A DNA stretch of 64,000 nt from an uncultured Alphaproteobacteria bacterium (GCA_963774775.1 CAVZGZ010000020.1:43889-107888), one strand, 5' to 3'. Shown: positions 19,932-31,032, counted from the stretch's first letter. Made by a program: numbers and translations. Notes: generated from the letters alone by a model not told the origin.

Positions 19932-21577
19932 ATGACACAGGCCTCATTTGCCACCCACGAAGTCTTCAACCAGTCGCCGCCGTTTTGGGACGTCGATCTG
20001 TTCACGCTCGATCGGCCGCTGGTCGAGGCGGTGGCCGCCAATGGCGGGGCGTCGGCTCACGATGGAATTATCCGAGTTCGGCAAGCATTGGGGCTCGGCG
20101 GCGATGGCGGAGCGGGGCCGTGTCGCCAATGAGAATACGCCAAAGCTGCGCAGCTTCGATTCCCGCGGCAATCGCCGTGACGAGGTCGAGTTCCATCCGG
20201 CCTATCACGAGCTGATGGCGCACAGCGCGCATGCCGGCGTGCATAATTCAACCTGGACCGCGGACGGCAAGCCCGCCGGCGGCGCAGCCGAGGTGGTGCG
20301 CGCGGCAAAATTCTACATGGCGTCGCAGGTCGAGACCGGACACCTCTGTCCAATCACCATGACGCGCGCCTCGGTCGCGGCGCTGGCGGTCGCAGCCGGA
20401 TATTCTGGCGAAGACGATGCCGGTGATTGCGACACGCTCCTACGATCCCAGTTTTGCGCCGTGGCCGACAAAGCGCGGCATGACGATCGGCATGGGCATG
20501 ACCGAGAAGCAGGGCGGCACCGATGTGCGCTCCAACATGACGCGCGCTGTGCGCGACGGCGATGCCTACCGCATCACCGGGCATAAATGGTTCATGTCGG
20601 CGCCGATGTGCGACGCGTTTTTGGTGCTGGCGCAGGCTGATCAAGGGCTGAGCTGTTTCTTCATGCCGCGCTTCGCGCCGGATGGTTCGGTCAATGCGAT
20701 TCGGTTTCAGCGGCTGAAGGACAAGCTCGGCAACCGCTCCAATGCCTCTTCCGAGGTGGAATTCCATGGCGCCTATGCCGAGCGGGTCGGCGACGAAGGC
20801 AAGGGCATCCGCACCATCATCCAGATGGTGCAGCTGACGCGGCAGGATTGCGCCATTGCCTCCGCCGGCCTGATGCGGTCGGGCTTGGCTCATGCACTGA
20901 ATCACGCGCGGCATCGCAGCGTGTTCCAGAAGCATCTCGCCGATCAGCCGCTGATGCGGGCGGTGCTCTCGGACATGGCGCTGCATGTGGAAGCGTCGAT
21001 CGCGCTGGTGATGCGGCTGTGCCGCGCCTTCGACGGCGCGCCACAGGACGCCAAGGAGGCCGCCTATATGCGGCTGCTGACGCCGGCGATCAAATACTGG
21101 ATATGCAAGAGCGCGCCTGGCTTCCTCTATGAGGCGATGGAATGCCTCGGCGGCAACGGCTATGTCGAGGAGGGCATTCTGGCCCGGCATTACCGGGAGT
21201 CGCCGGTGAATGCGATCTGGGAAGGCTCGGGCAATGTGATGTGCCTCGACGTGCTTCGCGCCCTGTCGCGCGAGCCGGACGCAGCCTCCGCCGTGTTGCA
21301 CGAACTGACCGGTGAGACGCTGGGCTTGCACGGCGCCGGCGAGGCGATCGCGTTCATCGGCAAGACGTTTCGCCGGCCCGATAGCGAGCGAGTGGCGCGG
21401 CTGGCGGTGGAAAGGCTGGCGCTGCTCGCGGCCGCTGCAGCACTCAATCAGGTTTCGCCAAAGCACGCGGAATTGTTTGCGGCGACCCGTCTTGCGGCTG
21501 GTCATGCCGGCATGTTTGGCGCGGTCGAACTCGCGAACGAGGATATCAGGGGATTGCTGGAACGGGCCTTGCCGTGA
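19932..21577 (+). CDS. acyl-CoA dehydrogenase, AidB-like; frameshifts near 20060 and 20395
   Basis: THEVFNQSPP, VEFHPAYHELM, CPITMT, GMTEKQGGTDV, LKDKLGNRSNASSEVEF, NAIWEGSGNV. Confidence 0.88.
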
Positions 21578-21717
21578 ACACTTCGCTAACCGTCATGATA
21601 CAAGTCACTACTCAAGTGTTTTGTTAACCTCCGTCGAACAACTTGGAGGGCGGAGACCCTGTACCAAGACGGGCCTAGCCACGCCAAGAAACAGCTCCTG
21701 ATATCGAAAGTCACTGG

Positions 21718-22485
21718 ATGGACTCCCTTAATCCCGAAAGCCCCGCCATCGTCACATCAGCGCCGCGCCCGCCTAAAGTCTGGAAATTCTGGGGGACGGC
21801 GCTCTGGGGGCTGTTTGTCTTTGCCGCGATGTTTGCCGGGCAGATCGCGGTCGTGGCCTTCTTCATGGTGTGGCAGGGCGGGCCGATCGACGTCGCGACC
21901 ATGATCCACGTCGTCAGTCGCGGGCTGACGATCTCGCTGTCCGTGATCATGGGATTGCCGGCAGTCGTGCTCGCGCTGTGGATCGCGATCCGCCCCACCG
22001 GGACGCCCATGGCCGACTATCTCGCGCTGCGTTGGCCCTCCTGGAAAAGCCTGTTGCTCGGCATTGCCGCACTGATCGCGCTGGTGGCGGCGTGGGAATT
22101 GCTGTCGCGTGCCCTGGGACGCGAGGTCCAGCCCGGCTTCATGGGCGATGTGCTGAAGTCGGCGCAGGCCGATGGCGCGGTGTGGCTGCTGCTGGTCGCG
22201 TTCGCCATTGGCGCACCGGTCTCGGAAGAGCTGTTCGCGCGCGGCTTCCTCTACCGCGGCTGGTCGGAATCGTCGTTGCGAGTGCCCGGCGCGATCCTGC
22301 TGTCGTCGCTGGCCTGGACTGCGCTGCATCTGCAATATGACTGGTTCTTTTTCGGCGAGATATTCTCGATCGGGCTGTTGTTCGGCTATCTGCGCTACCG
22401 CACCAACTCGACCTGGCTGACGATCGTCCTGCACGGCCTCAACAACCTCGCCGCGACAGTGCAGTCGATCTGGCTGGCGGGATAA
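21718..22485 (+). CDS. CPBP (CAAX/Abi) intramembrane metalloprotease
   Basis: APVSEELFARG, WTALHLQY, LHGLNN. Confidence 0.9.
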   Translation: MDSLNPESPAIVTSAPRPPKVWKFWGTALWGLFVFAAMFAGQIAVVAFFMVWQGGPIDVATMIHVVSRGLTISLSVIMGLPAVVLALWIAIRPTGTPMADYLALRWPSWKSLLLGIAALIALVAAWELLSRALGREVQPGFMGDVLKSAQADGAVWLLLVAFAIGAPVSEELFARGFLYRGWSESSLRVPGAILLSSLAWTALHLQYDWFFFGEIFSIGLLFGYLRYRTNSTWLTIVLHGLNNLAATVQSIWLAG

Positions 22486-22646
22486 TCATCCGGCGTGTTA
22501 GGGAGGGCGCGCACTCATAAATCTTCGTCAATGTCCGCGTCGCTCTCCGATACCGACCGCCTTTGTGCAACCGCAGCAAAAGTCGCGATGGGCCAATTCC
22601 GAGCATGCCAGCAAAGCCGCAATCGGAGCGCCGCCAACCGAGGGGC

Positions 22647-23093
22647 CTATCGCCGTACTTCAAAGTACGTTTTGCTCCCTCGTTCAAACCCTGCTTCTTC
22701 GTAAAAGCGTAGGGTGGTCTCTCGCTTCGAGCCCGTCGCCAAGTGGACTTTGTAGCAATCGGCCTGAGATGCAATATCGAGCGCATGAGCAAGAACCCGT
22801 CGCCCGAGCCCTAGTTTACGGTGGTCCGCGTGGGTGACTACATTCTCAATCACACCATATGATCTACCGCCCCGAGACAGATTAGGCACAATTGCGAGCG
22901 TGCACGAAGATACAAGCTGCTCGGCTGCTTGCGCTACGATCACGGTCATGAAGCTCGATGCAAGCAAATTGGACCAGACGCGCTCAGCAGTAGCTGTCTC
23001 CAATTGAGCTTCGTGCGGATGGAGATGTCGGTAAAGGTTCAACACTTCGGGCAGATCTTGTTCTATTGCACGACGGATTATGGCTTCTTTCAT
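22647..23093 (-). CDS. GNAT family N-acetyltransferase
   Basis: IENVVTHADHRKLGLG, CYKVHLATG, FYEEAGF. Confidence 0.88.
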   Translation of the reverse strand: MKEAIIRRAIEQDLPEVLNLYRHLHPHEAQLETATAERVWSNLLASSFMTVIVAQAAEQLVSSCTLAIVPNLSRGGRSYGVIENVVTHADHRKLGLGRRVLAHALDIASQADCYKVHLATGSKRETTLRFYEEAGFERGSKTYFEVRR

Positions 23094-23325
23094 GTGCTGA
23101 TCCCATGGATCGACAAGAATAGCGGATTCGTGCGGCAGAGGATACCAGATGACCTTGAAGGCTATTGCTGAGGCGCGAACGCGCGGATCACCGAGTTCAG
23201 CAACGGGTCCTCCGGTTTTAAAGAAAACCGCCTGGAAGCGGTTTTCACGCTAAGGTCGAGGCGATACATTCAGTGGCTTGAATTCGGCACTCAGCGCCAG
23301 GCATGTGCAATGTTGTTTGGGGAGA

Positions 23326-23496
23326 ATGGCTTCGATGACGATTGTTCTTGTTCACGGAAATCCTGAAACTGAAGCGATCTGGGACGATCTCGTCCCGCAT
23401 CTGCGCGGCCATGACGTTGTTCGTCTGTCTCCACCCGGCTTCGGCTCCGCAATCCCTTCCGGCTTTGACTGTTCCACTGACGCTTATCGCGAGTGG
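23326..23496 (+). pseudogene. N-terminal fragment of an alpha/beta-fold hydrolase
   Basis: MTIVLVHGNPETEAIWDDLVPHL...LSPPGFG then loses similarity just before the second CPBP gene. Confidence 0.65.
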
Positions 23497-23540
23497 AAGA
23501 TAGACCCACCTTCGCTGCGAAGTTGTCGCAGAAAGTCGAC

Positions 23541-24284
23541 ATGTCGAATTTCGAAAACGCCAATGCTCCGACCCCGGCTTCGGCAAAATCGCCGCGGACA
23601 TGGGACTTCATGGAAACGACTCTCGTTGTCTTGATCGCTGACGGCGTCTTTACTTTGACAGGCGGACTTGCGTTGGCCTTCATGATGAGCGTGTACGGTG
23701 GGACGAAGGCGTTGTCCCTAGCGGAACTTGACGTGTTGTGGCTCGAGGGGGGCCTCATTGTGGCAACTCCGCCCGCGATCGCGGTGCTGTGGGTTGCCAT
23801 CCGAATGGCCCGCAGAGAGTTCGCAGAGTATCTGGCGTTGAACTGGCCGAGAAGAAGCGAACTGTTGCGCGCCTTGGGAATCATGTTCATCGTCGTGTTG
23901 GCCGAAGGCTTCGTCGCATCCTTCGTTGGCGTACAAAAGCCCGCAACTGATGTTACTCTCGATGTTGGAGGATCTGGCGGCTTACTCATCCTGCTGATTG
24001 GAGGCTGCATTGCGGGGCCGATCGTTGAAGAATTCGTCGTTCGCGGCTTCATGTTTCGCGGCTGGTCACAATCATTTCTTGGTCCGATAGGAGCCATCGT
24101 GCTGACATCGGCGGTGTGGGCGATGAATCACACTCAATATGGTTGGTTCGGACGACTAGAGGTCTTCGTCGTGGGTCTCGTGCTCGGCCATTTTCGCTGG
24201 CGTAGCGATTCAACCTGGTTGACCGTGATGGTTCATTCAGCCACCAATACCTTTCTCTTTTTCATGATGGGCCCCTACGTTTAA
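23541..24284 (+). CDS. second CPBP (CAAX/Abi) intramembrane metalloprotease
   Basis: EYLALNWP, GPIVEEFVVRG, WAMNHTQY, STWLTVMVHSATN; paralog of 21718-22485. Confidence 0.88.
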   Translation: MSNFENANAPTPASAKSPRTWDFMETTLVVLIADGVFTLTGGLALAFMMSVYGGTKALSLAELDVLWLEGGLIVATPPAIAVLWVAIRMARREFAEYLALNWPRRSELLRALGIMFIVVLAEGFVASFVGVQKPATDVTLDVGGSGGLLILLIGGCIAGPIVEEFVVRGFMFRGWSQSFLGPIGAIVLTSAVWAMNHTQYGWFGRLEVFVVGLVLGHFRWRSDSTWLTVMVHSATNTFLFFMMGPYV

Positions 24285-24415
24285 GGCCCAGTTGCGGCGA
24301 GCACGATCGCGTGCATGCTAACATCAATCCAGCCCTGAAGTCGTCTTGAGCGGACATCGCTTCGCTTACGAGGTGATCGAATGGGGCGGCACCCGAAACC
24401 GGGTAGGTCGTCGGT

Positions 24416-24832
24416 ATGAAGCACACTAGCCGGGTTCACCTGATAGTGACGTTGAGCGCAACGGTGTGCATGCTGCTGTCGCCTTCCTCTCAAGCTCAGG
24501 AGTTGCTGTCGCAAGGAATAGAGTCCGGCGTGGAGCAACAGGTGTTCAACAACGCTTGTCGAACTTGCCATTCGATGAAAGAGGGCGACAATCGTCTGGG
24601 CCCAAACCTGTACAAGATTATTGGAAGAAGGGCAGGGTCGCTGCCGGATTACAATTATTCCTCGGCGATGAAGGATGCAGATTTCGTCTGGGATGAAGCA
24701 AAGCTCGCGCGCTTCGTAGCCAATCCTGATGAGATCGTGCCTGGGAATAAAATGATTCCCTACAGCGGTCTCGCGTCTGCCGAGGATAGAAAGAGGGTCG
24801 TGACTTTTCTGTTATGGATGAGGCCCAAATAG
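24416..24832 (+). CDS. class I cytochrome c (c2-like)
   Basis: Signal peptide, CRTCH heme motif, GPNL, YSSAMK, PGNKM. Confidence 0.9.
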   Translation: MKHTSRVHLIVTLSATVCMLLSPSSQAQELLSQGIESGVEQQVFNNACRTCHSMKEGDNRLGPNLYKIIGRRAGSLPDYNYSSAMKDADFVWDEAKLARFVANPDEIVPGNKMIPYSGLASAEDRKRVVTFLLWMRPK

Positions 24833-24861
24833 GACGCTGGCGCTCACGGCATGCATGCACG

Positions 24862-24882
24862 AAAAAAACCGCCCGAAGGCGG
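24862..24882 (-). terminator. intrinsic terminator
   Basis: On the minus strand CCGCC-TTCG-GGCGG followed by T7, downstream of 24915-25265. Confidence 0.75.
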
Positions 24883-24914
24883 GAGGCGCAAGGTACCGCA
24901 AGGGTTTGTGAATT

Positions 24915-25265
24915 TCAGTCGATGGTGCACAACGCCTGCCCAGTGCTTCTCTGCAAGCCGGGGCTTATCAGGCCAACGGTGATCAGGCTCGGATCCGCCG
25001 ATGCCCGGGCTGTTTTCAATGTTTTCACATGCGGTGTCAGAACCGCGATCTGATGGGGAGAAGCCGGCATACCGGCTAACATTAGCGATGGCGCAGCCGT
25101 ACTCTCTTCAACTTTCGCCGAGCCCAGAACAGCTACCTGGTGTCGGGAGATTGGGAAGCCAGTAAGTTCAAAAGTCGGAAGGCGTAAATCGCACGCGTCT
25201 GCGTGATTTGGCATTGTGCTTCCGATGGCGGCAATGGTGGTTGCGATCAAGAACAGATTTTTCAT
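24915..25265 (-). CDS. secreted hypothetical protein with an internal repeat
   Basis: Signal peptide; GFPISRHQVAVL and GMPASPHQIAVL repeat; RBS AGAGGG; own terminator. Confidence 0.7.
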   Translation of the reverse strand: MKNLFLIATTIAAIGSTMPNHADACDLRLPTFELTGFPISRHQVAVLGSAKVEESTAAPSLMLAGMPASPHQIAVLTPHVKTLKTARASADPSLITVGLISPGLQRSTGQALCTID

Positions 25266-25385
25266 GATGATACCCCTCTTGGATTAGAGAAATTCCCACC
25301 ACAAATTCCGTGCTCATCTTAGCCCCGGTCACTGGCGCATTATGTGAGCCTGTTCACTATCAGCTACGCCAATTCGACTGCCAAA

Positions 25386-25460
25386 TATAGCGCTATTGAG
25401 CAAACGAAGAGATATTCGTGGGTATACCGCTATTGGGCAAACGAAGAAGATACTCGTGGG
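25386..25460. repeat. about 37-bp imperfect tandem duplication
   Basis: TATAGCGCTATTGAGCAAACGAAGAGATATTCGTGGG then TATACCGCTATTGGGCAAACGAAGAAGATACTCGTGGG. Confidence 0.8.
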
Positions 25461-25633
25461 CGTTTTTTCGCTTCTCTCGACGCGCTTTGCGTGTCCACGT
25501 GCACCAGAGGTCGAGCCAGCGTTTACTCAACACGTCTTGCGCGTGATGACGGAATAATTCAGCAGCACTATGGTCGCTGAAGTGATTATGGCGGTATCAG
25601 GCGCGGTCATCGAGCCAGCAGAACCAGGCCAGT

Positions 25634-26013
25634 CTAATTCGAAGCCACCAGCGCGATCGCGATCGGCATCGTGATCGCCGCCAGGATCGTTTGCAGCGTG
25701 ATGATCTGCGCCAGCAATGGCGCGTCGCCGCCCATTTGTCGCGCCAGTACATAGGCGCTGGGAGAAGTCGGCACAGAGCAGCGATACCACGAGCGCCGAG
25801 AGCAGGAGCGCGCCGCCGACGCCGGCGACCGGCACCGTCGTGAGGTCGGCCTTCACCAGCGTCTGGATCAGGAGCATCGGGAAACAGCACGTAATAGGTC
25901 AGCCGCTCCAGCCCGTGCCATTGCGTTTCCAGCCGCATCAGCGTGCGTTTCAACACGGCACCGAGCACGATCAGCAAGAACACCGGCATCAGCGCCGCGA
26001 TCACTATTCCCAT
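25634..26013 (-). pseudogene. AEC (auxin efflux carrier) family transporter with a large internal deletion
   Basis: N-terminus MGIVIAALMPVFLLIVLG...LERLTYYVLFP joined almost directly to C-terminus PTSPSAYVLARQMGGDAPLLAQIITLQT; only about 380 bp remain. Confidence 0.8.
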
Positions 26014-26016
26014 CGA

Positions 26017-26496
26017 TCAGCTTTTCCTGAGGTTGGCGAGCCGGTCCAGCGCGCCCTGCAGGATGAAGATCGCGGCGTGCTCGTCGATCACCTCGGCCCG
26101 CCTGTTACGGCTGACATCCATGCCGATCAGCTCGCGCTCGACCGCTGCGGTCGACAATCGTTCATCCCACAAGCCAATCGCGAGATTGGTGAGATTGGAA
26201 AAATTCCGCGCGAAGGCGCGGGTCGATTGCGCGCGGGGGCCTTCGCTGCTGTCCATGTTGATGGGCAGGCCGAGCACGAAGCCGACCACGTTGCGCTCGG
26301 CGGCAAGCGCGAGCAACCGCGCCGCGTCGGCCTTGAAGGCCTTGCGCTGGATGGTTTCGACGCCGGTCGCAAGCCTGCGATCGGCGTTGGATACGGCGAC
26401 GCCGATGGTTTTGGTTCCCAGATCGAGGCCAACGAGCGCGCCGCGTTCGGGCCAGTGCGCGGCGGCTTCGATCAGGGGAAGGATGAGGGCAGGCAT
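26017..26496 (-). CDS. ruvX: Holliday junction resolvase-like / pre-16S rRNA nuclease RuvX (YqgF)
   Basis: GLDLGTKTIGVA, GLPINMD, WDERLST, AAIFILQG. Confidence 0.95.
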   Translation of the reverse strand: MPALILPLIEAAAHWPERGALVGLDLGTKTIGVAVSNADRRLATGVETIQRKAFKADAARLLALAAERNVVGFVLGLPINMDSSEGPRAQSTRAFARNFSNLTNLAIGLWDERLSTAAVERELIGMDVSRNRRAEVIDEHAAIFILQGALDRLANLRKS

Positions 26497-26809
26497 GGCG
26501 TTCGCATAACACGCGGCTCGCCGGTGATGCAAAGCCGGATCGTGGCTTGGCTCCATGCACAGACGCCATGGATGACAATCTGCCGCGGTTGACGCTATGG
26601 TTGTTGTTGTATAGCGTATCTCACTTAGGTAGTGCTAAAAGTTTGACGAGATTTTCCCGAACCACCCGTCGTGACGACAAACCGACGCATCGGTTCGAAA
26701 AGAAATTTTCCAGGAATTATGTGTCGAGCGGAAGCGCGCCGCGCCGACAGTGCCGCCCGCATTTTCGCGGTTCCGAGCGCTTAATGTCGCTATTCATTTG
26801 GAGACAGCG

Positions 26810-28997
26810 ATGCTGATCAAACCCTCAATGATTGCCAACTCTGAACAACGTTTGAAGCAAGCCGATTTTTCACCGGCTGCGTTGAACCGTAAACTCGGTG
26901 ATGGTCCGATCAAGATGACGGTGGCGCAAAAGCAGCTCCGCCAGCGGCAACTGCTTTCGCGGACCGACGATGCCCTTGCCGCCCAGATCGGCCTCGAGCG
27001 GATCATCCAGGGCAACGATCTCGACAGCATCAACTATTTGGCCAAGGGCACGCTCGCCTCGCACCCGGTGTGTCGCATTCAGCTCAAGGATGCACGTTCG
27101 AAATCTGCTTGGCTATGCGACGGGATTTTTGATCGGCCCCGGGGTGCTGATGACCAACCATCACGTGTTCGGCAAGCCCGGCGACGCCGCCACTTCCATC
27201 GCCGACTTCGACTATGAATTGGACGTCGCGGGCGCGGAGCGCGAGCCCGTCAGGTTCGCGTTCGAACCGGACAAGCTGTTCTATACCAACCAAAACCTCG
27301 ATTTTTCGATTGTGGCGGTGGCTCCGGTGTCGCTGGCCAGTGGGCGAAACCTGTCGGACTGGGGGGTGCTGCCGCTGAGCGGCGAACCCGGCAAGGGCGA
27401 CCCTGGCGAATATCTGACCATCATCCAGCATCCCGGCGGACAACTCAAACAAATCTGCGTTCGCGACAACAAGCTGCTGAAATATGTCGGAGATTTCGTG
27501 TGGTATCTGACCGATACCACCGCCGGCTCATCAGGATCGCCGGCCTTCAATCGGTTTTGGCAGGTCATCGCTCTCCACCATAGCGGCGTCCCCGACAAGG
27601 ATTCCAAGGGCAACACTCTCACCAAGGACGGCAAGGTCTGGGACCCGTCCATGGACGAGAGCCTGATCAAATGGATCGCCAACGAGGGCGTCCGCGTCAG
27701 CGCGATCGTCGCCGATCTCAAAGTCGCCGTCGGTTCCCATCCCCTCGTGAAGCTGGTGCTCGACCAGCCATCGCTGCCTGCGCCGCCTCCACCGGGCACG
27801 GCTGAAAAGAAGGCTGAGGTGGCGGTCAGCGCGACACGTTACGGGAATGATCCCTGGATCGAGCAGTCCGGCGACGTGACCTCGCTTGTGGTCCCGCTCC
27901 GCATTCCCATGGCATTGTTCAGAAGGGATGGCCCAGCCGTCCCGGCCGTGGACGCGAAGCCCGCCCCCCGGGGCGCCGGCCCGGTCACGAGCCCGATCGG
28001 CGGCGCGCGTATCGGCGACCTCACTGGCCTGCCGATGGAGGCTGTCCACATCGACCAGACCACACTGGGATCGCGGCCCGGTTATAAGGCGAACTTCATC
28101 GGCAGCGGAAAGCTGTCGGTACCCTTGCCGACGATTCCGGCGTCACTCAAATCCAAAATCGCGACGCTGAAGGACAATTCCTCGCAATCCGAACTGAAAT
28201 ATTTCAACTACAGCGTCGTCATGAACAAGGAGCGCAAGCTCGCTTTCTTCAGCTGTGTCAATATTGACGGTGGCGAGCAACAGGATGTCGGCAAGCGCGA
28301 GGGCGATTCCTGGAAACGCGATCCCCGGATCATGGACGAGTTCCAGATCGGCGACGAGTTCTACCGCAAGCAATCGACACTCGAGGCGGATCGAACCGCC
28401 AATCCGTTCGACCGCGGCCATCTCGTCCGCCGCCTCGACGCAACCTGGGGCAGCACTGTCGCAGAAGCCAAGGAGCACGGCGACAATTCCTTCCACTTCA
28501 CCAATTGCTCCCCGCAATTCTTCTCGTTTAACCAGGGCAAGCAGTTATGGGCGGGTCTGGAGGACTTTACCCGCGACGTCCTGTTGAAGGACGAAGAGAA
28601 AGGCATCGTGATGAATGGGCCGGTGTTCGATGGGCCGGATGCCAACGATGCCGATCTACCAAACCCGTCCGGGCCATCGCACAAGGATCCGACCTTTGGC
28701 GGCATCAGCATCCCCAAATATTTCTGGAAGATACTGATCACCAAGGGCGACGACGGTCTCAAGGCGGCGGCGTTCCTGATGAGTCAGCGGAACCTGATCA
28801 TGGATATCGACCGGATCAAGGAGGCGGACATCCTCGAAAAGTTCACTGAAGAGGATGTTCGCGTCTTCCAGATATCGATGGCCGATCTGACGAAACTGAC
28901 CAGGCTCGACTTCGGCAATCTGGCCGCCGCTGATTCCCATGAAGCGACCTCAGTCGGTCCACGGCTGATCGAAAGCTACCAGGACATCAGACTATAG
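26810..28997 (+). CDS. trypsin-like serine protease fused to a DNA/RNA non-specific (EndoG/NucA-type) endonuclease; frameshift near 27100
   Basis: LERII, ATGFLIG, TNHHV, LDF, DTTAGSSGSP, ALHHSG; Pro-rich linker; YSVVMNKERKLA, FDRGHLVRR, FHFTNCSPQ, FNQGKQLWAGLE, IPKYFWKI. Confidence 0.88.
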
Positions 28998-29018
28998 CGG
29001 TTTGCATGCGCTGGAGCC

Positions 29019-29912
29019 TCAGGCGGCCATGACCTGACGGCCGCTCTCCAGGCAGGCCAACGAACCCCTGCAGCGCGCTGTATTGATGCGCGCTGCGGCG
29101 CTGGATGAAGAGTGTGTCGACGCGCGACTGCGACGCTCCCAGCGCGATGAATGCTGATGTCGCGGTTGACATGGTCCCGCTCGACGACGGCGCGGGGCAA
29201 CAGCGTCACGCCCATGTCGGCGGCGACGCAGCCGATCATGCCGTCGAGCGTGCCGAGTTCGAACCGTGCGGCGGAGGGCCACCCGAATTCGGAGAACACC
29301 TGTTCGAGGCGCTGCCGGTAGGTGCAGCCGGTCCGGAACACCAGCGCTGTCGGACCGGATTCCGGCGTACCTGCGCGCAAGCTTGCGAGGCTGCTCCATT
29401 TGCGCGCGGTGACCAGCACCAGTTCTTCCCGGAAAGCGAGCGTGGACGAGAGTTCGGCGTGTTCGATCGGGCCGGCAACAAAGGCGCCGTCGAGCGCGCC
29501 GTCGAGCACGGCGGCGACCAGATCCGCGGTCGGCGCGGTCCGCAAGGTCAGGCGCACCGCCGGAAAATGGCGATGAAACTCGGCGAGCAGCGTCGGCAGG
29601 CGGACTGCGGCGGTCGTTTCCATCGAGCCGATCGATAGCGGCCCCTTCGGCTCGCCGTCGTCGCGCGCGGCCAGCATGGCCTCGCGCGATAATGCCGCCA
29701 TGCGCTGGGCATACGGTAACAGCCGGCGGCCGGCGCCGGTCAGCGTCATGCCGCGGCTATGACGCTCGAACAAAGCGGTGCCGATTTCCGCCTCAAGCGC
29801 CTTGACCCGCTGCGTGACGTTGGACTGCACCGTGTTGAGCTCGTCGGCGGCGCGGGTGATGCCGCCGAGCCGCGCGACGGTCGAGAAGGTCAGGAGATCG
29901 CGTCAATTCCAC
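29019..29912 (-). CDS. LysR family transcriptional regulator; frameshifted
   Basis: FSTVARLGGITRAADELNTVQSNVTQRVKALEAEIGTALFER; frame breaks near 29900 and 29050-29140. Confidence 0.88.
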
Positions 29913-29944
29913 GGGATATTCCGTTTCATTTGGGAGATGGCTGC

Positions 29945-29971
29945 ATTCTCTAGTATTCATTTTTAGAGAAT
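29945..29971. promoter_or_regulatory. inverted repeat, candidate LysR binding site
   Basis: ATTCTCTA-N11-TAGAGAAT in the divergent LysR/NMO intergenic region. Confidence 0.5.
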
Positions 29972-30010
29972 GTTAGTCCGGGATAGTCTCCGTGTCCAGA
30001 TTTCCGGAGG

Positions 30011-30997
30011 ATGGACATGCCGATCTCAACGCCACTGACCGCGCTGCTTGGCATCTCGCATCCGGTCCTGTCGGCACCGATGGATGTGATCGCGGGCGCG
30101 GGCCTGACGGCTGCGGTGAGCAGCGCCGGAGGCTTCGGCATTCTCGGCGGCGGTTACGGCGAGCGCGCGTGGCTGGAGCAGGAGACCGCGAAGCTGAAGC
30201 GATCGGCGCCATTCGGCATCGGCTTCATCACCTGGAGCCTGGCAAAGCGGCCGGAGCTGCTCGACATCGCGCTCGACGCACGGCCGCGCGCGATCATGCT
30301 CTCGTTCGGCGATCCCAAGCCATTTGCCCCGCGCGTCAAGGCGGCGGGGGCGCGCCTGATCTGCCAGGTGCAGGACGAGGAGATGGCGAAGCTGGCGCTC
30401 GACGCCGGCGCCGACATCCTGATCGCGCAGGGGACGGAAGCCGGCGGCCACGGCGCCTCGCGCACCACGATCGATCTCGTGCCCGCAATCGTCGATCTCG
30501 CTGCCGGCCGCGTGCCGGTGGTTGCCGCCGGTGGTATCGCCGATGGCCGGGGGCTCGCGGCAATGATGATGCTCGGCGCGTCCGGCGTGCTGCTCGGCAC
30601 GCGGTTCTATGCCAGCCAGGAGTGCGACGGCGCGGACGAGGCCAAGCGGATCATCTGCCAGGCCAAGAGTGGCAGCAGCGTCAGAGGCATCATCTTCGAC
30701 CTGTCGCGAAACAATGTCTGGCCGGCGCCGTTTACCGGACGCTGCCTGATCAACGATCATGCGCGGCGCTGGATGGGGCGGGAGGTCGAGTTGCTGCAGA
30801 ATGTGAACAAGGTCGCAGCCGAATATGCCGCAGCGAAGGCCGCCGGCAATTTTGACGTCGCGGCCGTGATCGCAGGAGAAGCTGTCGGGCTGATCCATGA
30901 TATCCCACCGGCAGCGGAGATCATTGACAGGATCGTCACCGAAGCCGAGCAGATTTTGCTAGGGCGGCGCAACTCCGTGATGTCAGCGCAGGCCTGA
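30011..30997 (+). CDS. nitronate monooxygenase (NMO/FabK-like) family flavoprotein
   Basis: [43 protein letters not shown]. Confidence 0.9.
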   Translation: MDMPISTPLTALLGISHPVLSAPMDVIAGAGLTAAVSSAGGFGILGGGYGERAWLEQETAKLKRSAPFGIGFITWSLAKRPELLDIALDARPRAIMLSFGDPKPFAPRVKAAGARLICQVQDEEMAKLALDAGADILIAQGTEAGGHGASRTTIDLVPAIVDLAAGRVPVVAAGGIADGRGLAAMMMLGASGVLLGTRFYASQECDGADEAKRIICQAKSGSSVRGIIFDLSRNNVWPAPFTGRCLINDHARRWMGREVELLQNVNKVAAEYAAAKAAGNFDVAAVIAGEAVGLIHDIPPAAEIIDRIVTEAEQILLGRRNSVMSAQA

Positions 30998-31032
30998 ACC
31001 GAACCAAACTCCAGCGGAGAGCGAGCAGAACC

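Noticed and set aside
25386-25460. Possible CRISPR mini-array
   Set aside because: Two abutting units, no spacer and no cas genes in the window.
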